Under the pieces are notes generated by a model. It was not told the origin of the DNA and made no database searches. It saw only the letters and a list, made by a program, of their open reading frames with translations. Below, piece by piece: positions 63,183 to 64,000 of a DNA stretch of 64,000 bases. Where the stretch lies: NCBI RefSeq assembly GCF_016835505.1, contig NC_053155.1, positions 74,788,088 to 74,852,087 of the forward strand, written 5' to 3'. The stretch comes from Polypterus senegalus (lineage: Eukaryota). Numbering within the stretch: position 1 is the stretch's first letter; every line of letters begins with the position of its first letter. The translations under genes were made by a program, and so were the position numbers.

Positions 63183-63337
63183 GCCTGTAAAAGAGGAAAT
63201 ATAGACATAGTGAAGCTTCTGCTGGAGTATGGAGCTGACAGTAATATGCTGTCTAAACATCAGAACAATGCACTGCATTTTGCAAAACTTAGCAATAATG
63301 TCCTAGTATATGACTTGGTCAAATCTCATATGGATGC
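63183..63337 (+). CDS. mphosph8: mpp8 exon 10 (ankyrin repeat). The gene continues beyond the window
   Basis: ACKRGNIDIVKLLLEYGADSNMLSKHQNNALHFAKLSNNVLVYDLVKSHMDA then gtaagt. Human has ACKRGNSDIVRLVIECGADCNILSKHQNSALHFAKQSNNVLVYDLLKNHLET. Confidence 0.9.
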
Positions 63338-64000
63338 GTAAGTGTTTCAAATATTTTACAAACCAAAATTACCGAAATTACTGTTTCATCAAAGGTCTCT
63401 GTAAAGAAATGTTTAAAATTTATTAATTTCTTATCTTTGAAATTAACAAAAGAACAAAAATGTATGCTTGTTACTTGAGAAACAACCACAGTATTAGTGA
63501 AATAAGATGTCTGTAGACCTTGTAGGCATGCATGAATGTTTTATCATCTTACTTTAATAATATTCAAAGTTACTTTGTGGCAGCTTTGAGGAACTGACCT
63601 TTCCACGAATGTTGTAAAGAATGACTGCAGACGTATGTTCAGAAAAACGCAACAATAGAATTGTGTGTTTAATTCCAAAAGCTCAGGTCTAATTCCAGTA
63701 GGGCATGTCTTGTTTAAATAAGGATGCACTGTTGATGGCCACATTATTCGACACTCTGGTTTACTGCCAGGTAGGACTCGTTTTTACCTTCAAAACCGCC
63801 TGAATTCAGGGAGATTTGAATTCAGGAACATTAAGGAAGCCCTCCATAGGGATTTACCTGTGCTCCCTCAACAGCATCACGTAGTTCCTATATATCATTG
63901 ACCATATGTTGAGAGAGTAAATCTTTGTCTTACCCAGAATGCACTGCTACAGAGCACTGGATTAGATTGAAGTTGCTGTGATGTTCCTGCAGCCAGTCTG

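Overview
This is vertebrate (fish-like) nuclear DNA. It is AT-rich, intron-rich and dense with transposable elements, and it contains two host genes. (1) A single-exon connexin gene of the GJB2/GJB6 clade lies at 14350-15150 on the + strand. (2) The 5' two-thirds of an M-phase phosphoprotein 8 gene (MPHOSPH8/mpp8, a chromodomain plus ankyrin-repeat subunit of the HUSH complex) runs from 20813 past 64000 on the + strand. I can place ten phase-consistent exons with canonical GT/AG introns, preceded by a TATA-less promoter with CCAAT boxes. The connexin–mpp8 pairing matches the human 13q12.11 neighbourhood. The remaining ~95% of the window is intergenic or intronic repeat. It includes a tRNA-derived SINE family with a (GGAT)n-like tail (one full copy with a 14-bp target-site duplication, five 3'-tail fragments). 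It also includes several Tc1/mariner elements: one ~1.6 kb copy with IR/DR-type long terminal inverted repeats (TIRs) and a frameshifted transposase, one deleted non-autonomous copy, and two fragments. There is one pogo/Tigger element whose DDE transposase ORF is nearly intact, and one older Tigger fragment. Two LINE ORF2 3' fragments, a long-TIR MITE and microsatellites complete the list. The most unusual content is a family of four composite non-autonomous elements (32196-33986, 34455-35641, 59048-60133, 60134-62468). Their ends are asymmetric: they start with TC and end with a short hairpin followed by CTAG or CTAA, flanked A|…|T. Two copies are joined head-to-tail. Internally they carry a TATA promoter preceded by tandem sub-repeats, and captured coding fragments: an OTU-like protease ORF that lacks the catalytic Cys, and retrotransposon Gag-like ORFs. 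One copy holds a ~0.8 kb palindromic array of ~21-bp iteron-like repeats. I interpret the family as Helitron/Helentron-like rolling-circle elements; that is an inference from sequence features only. No rRNA or genuine tRNA genes and no prokaryotic features are present.
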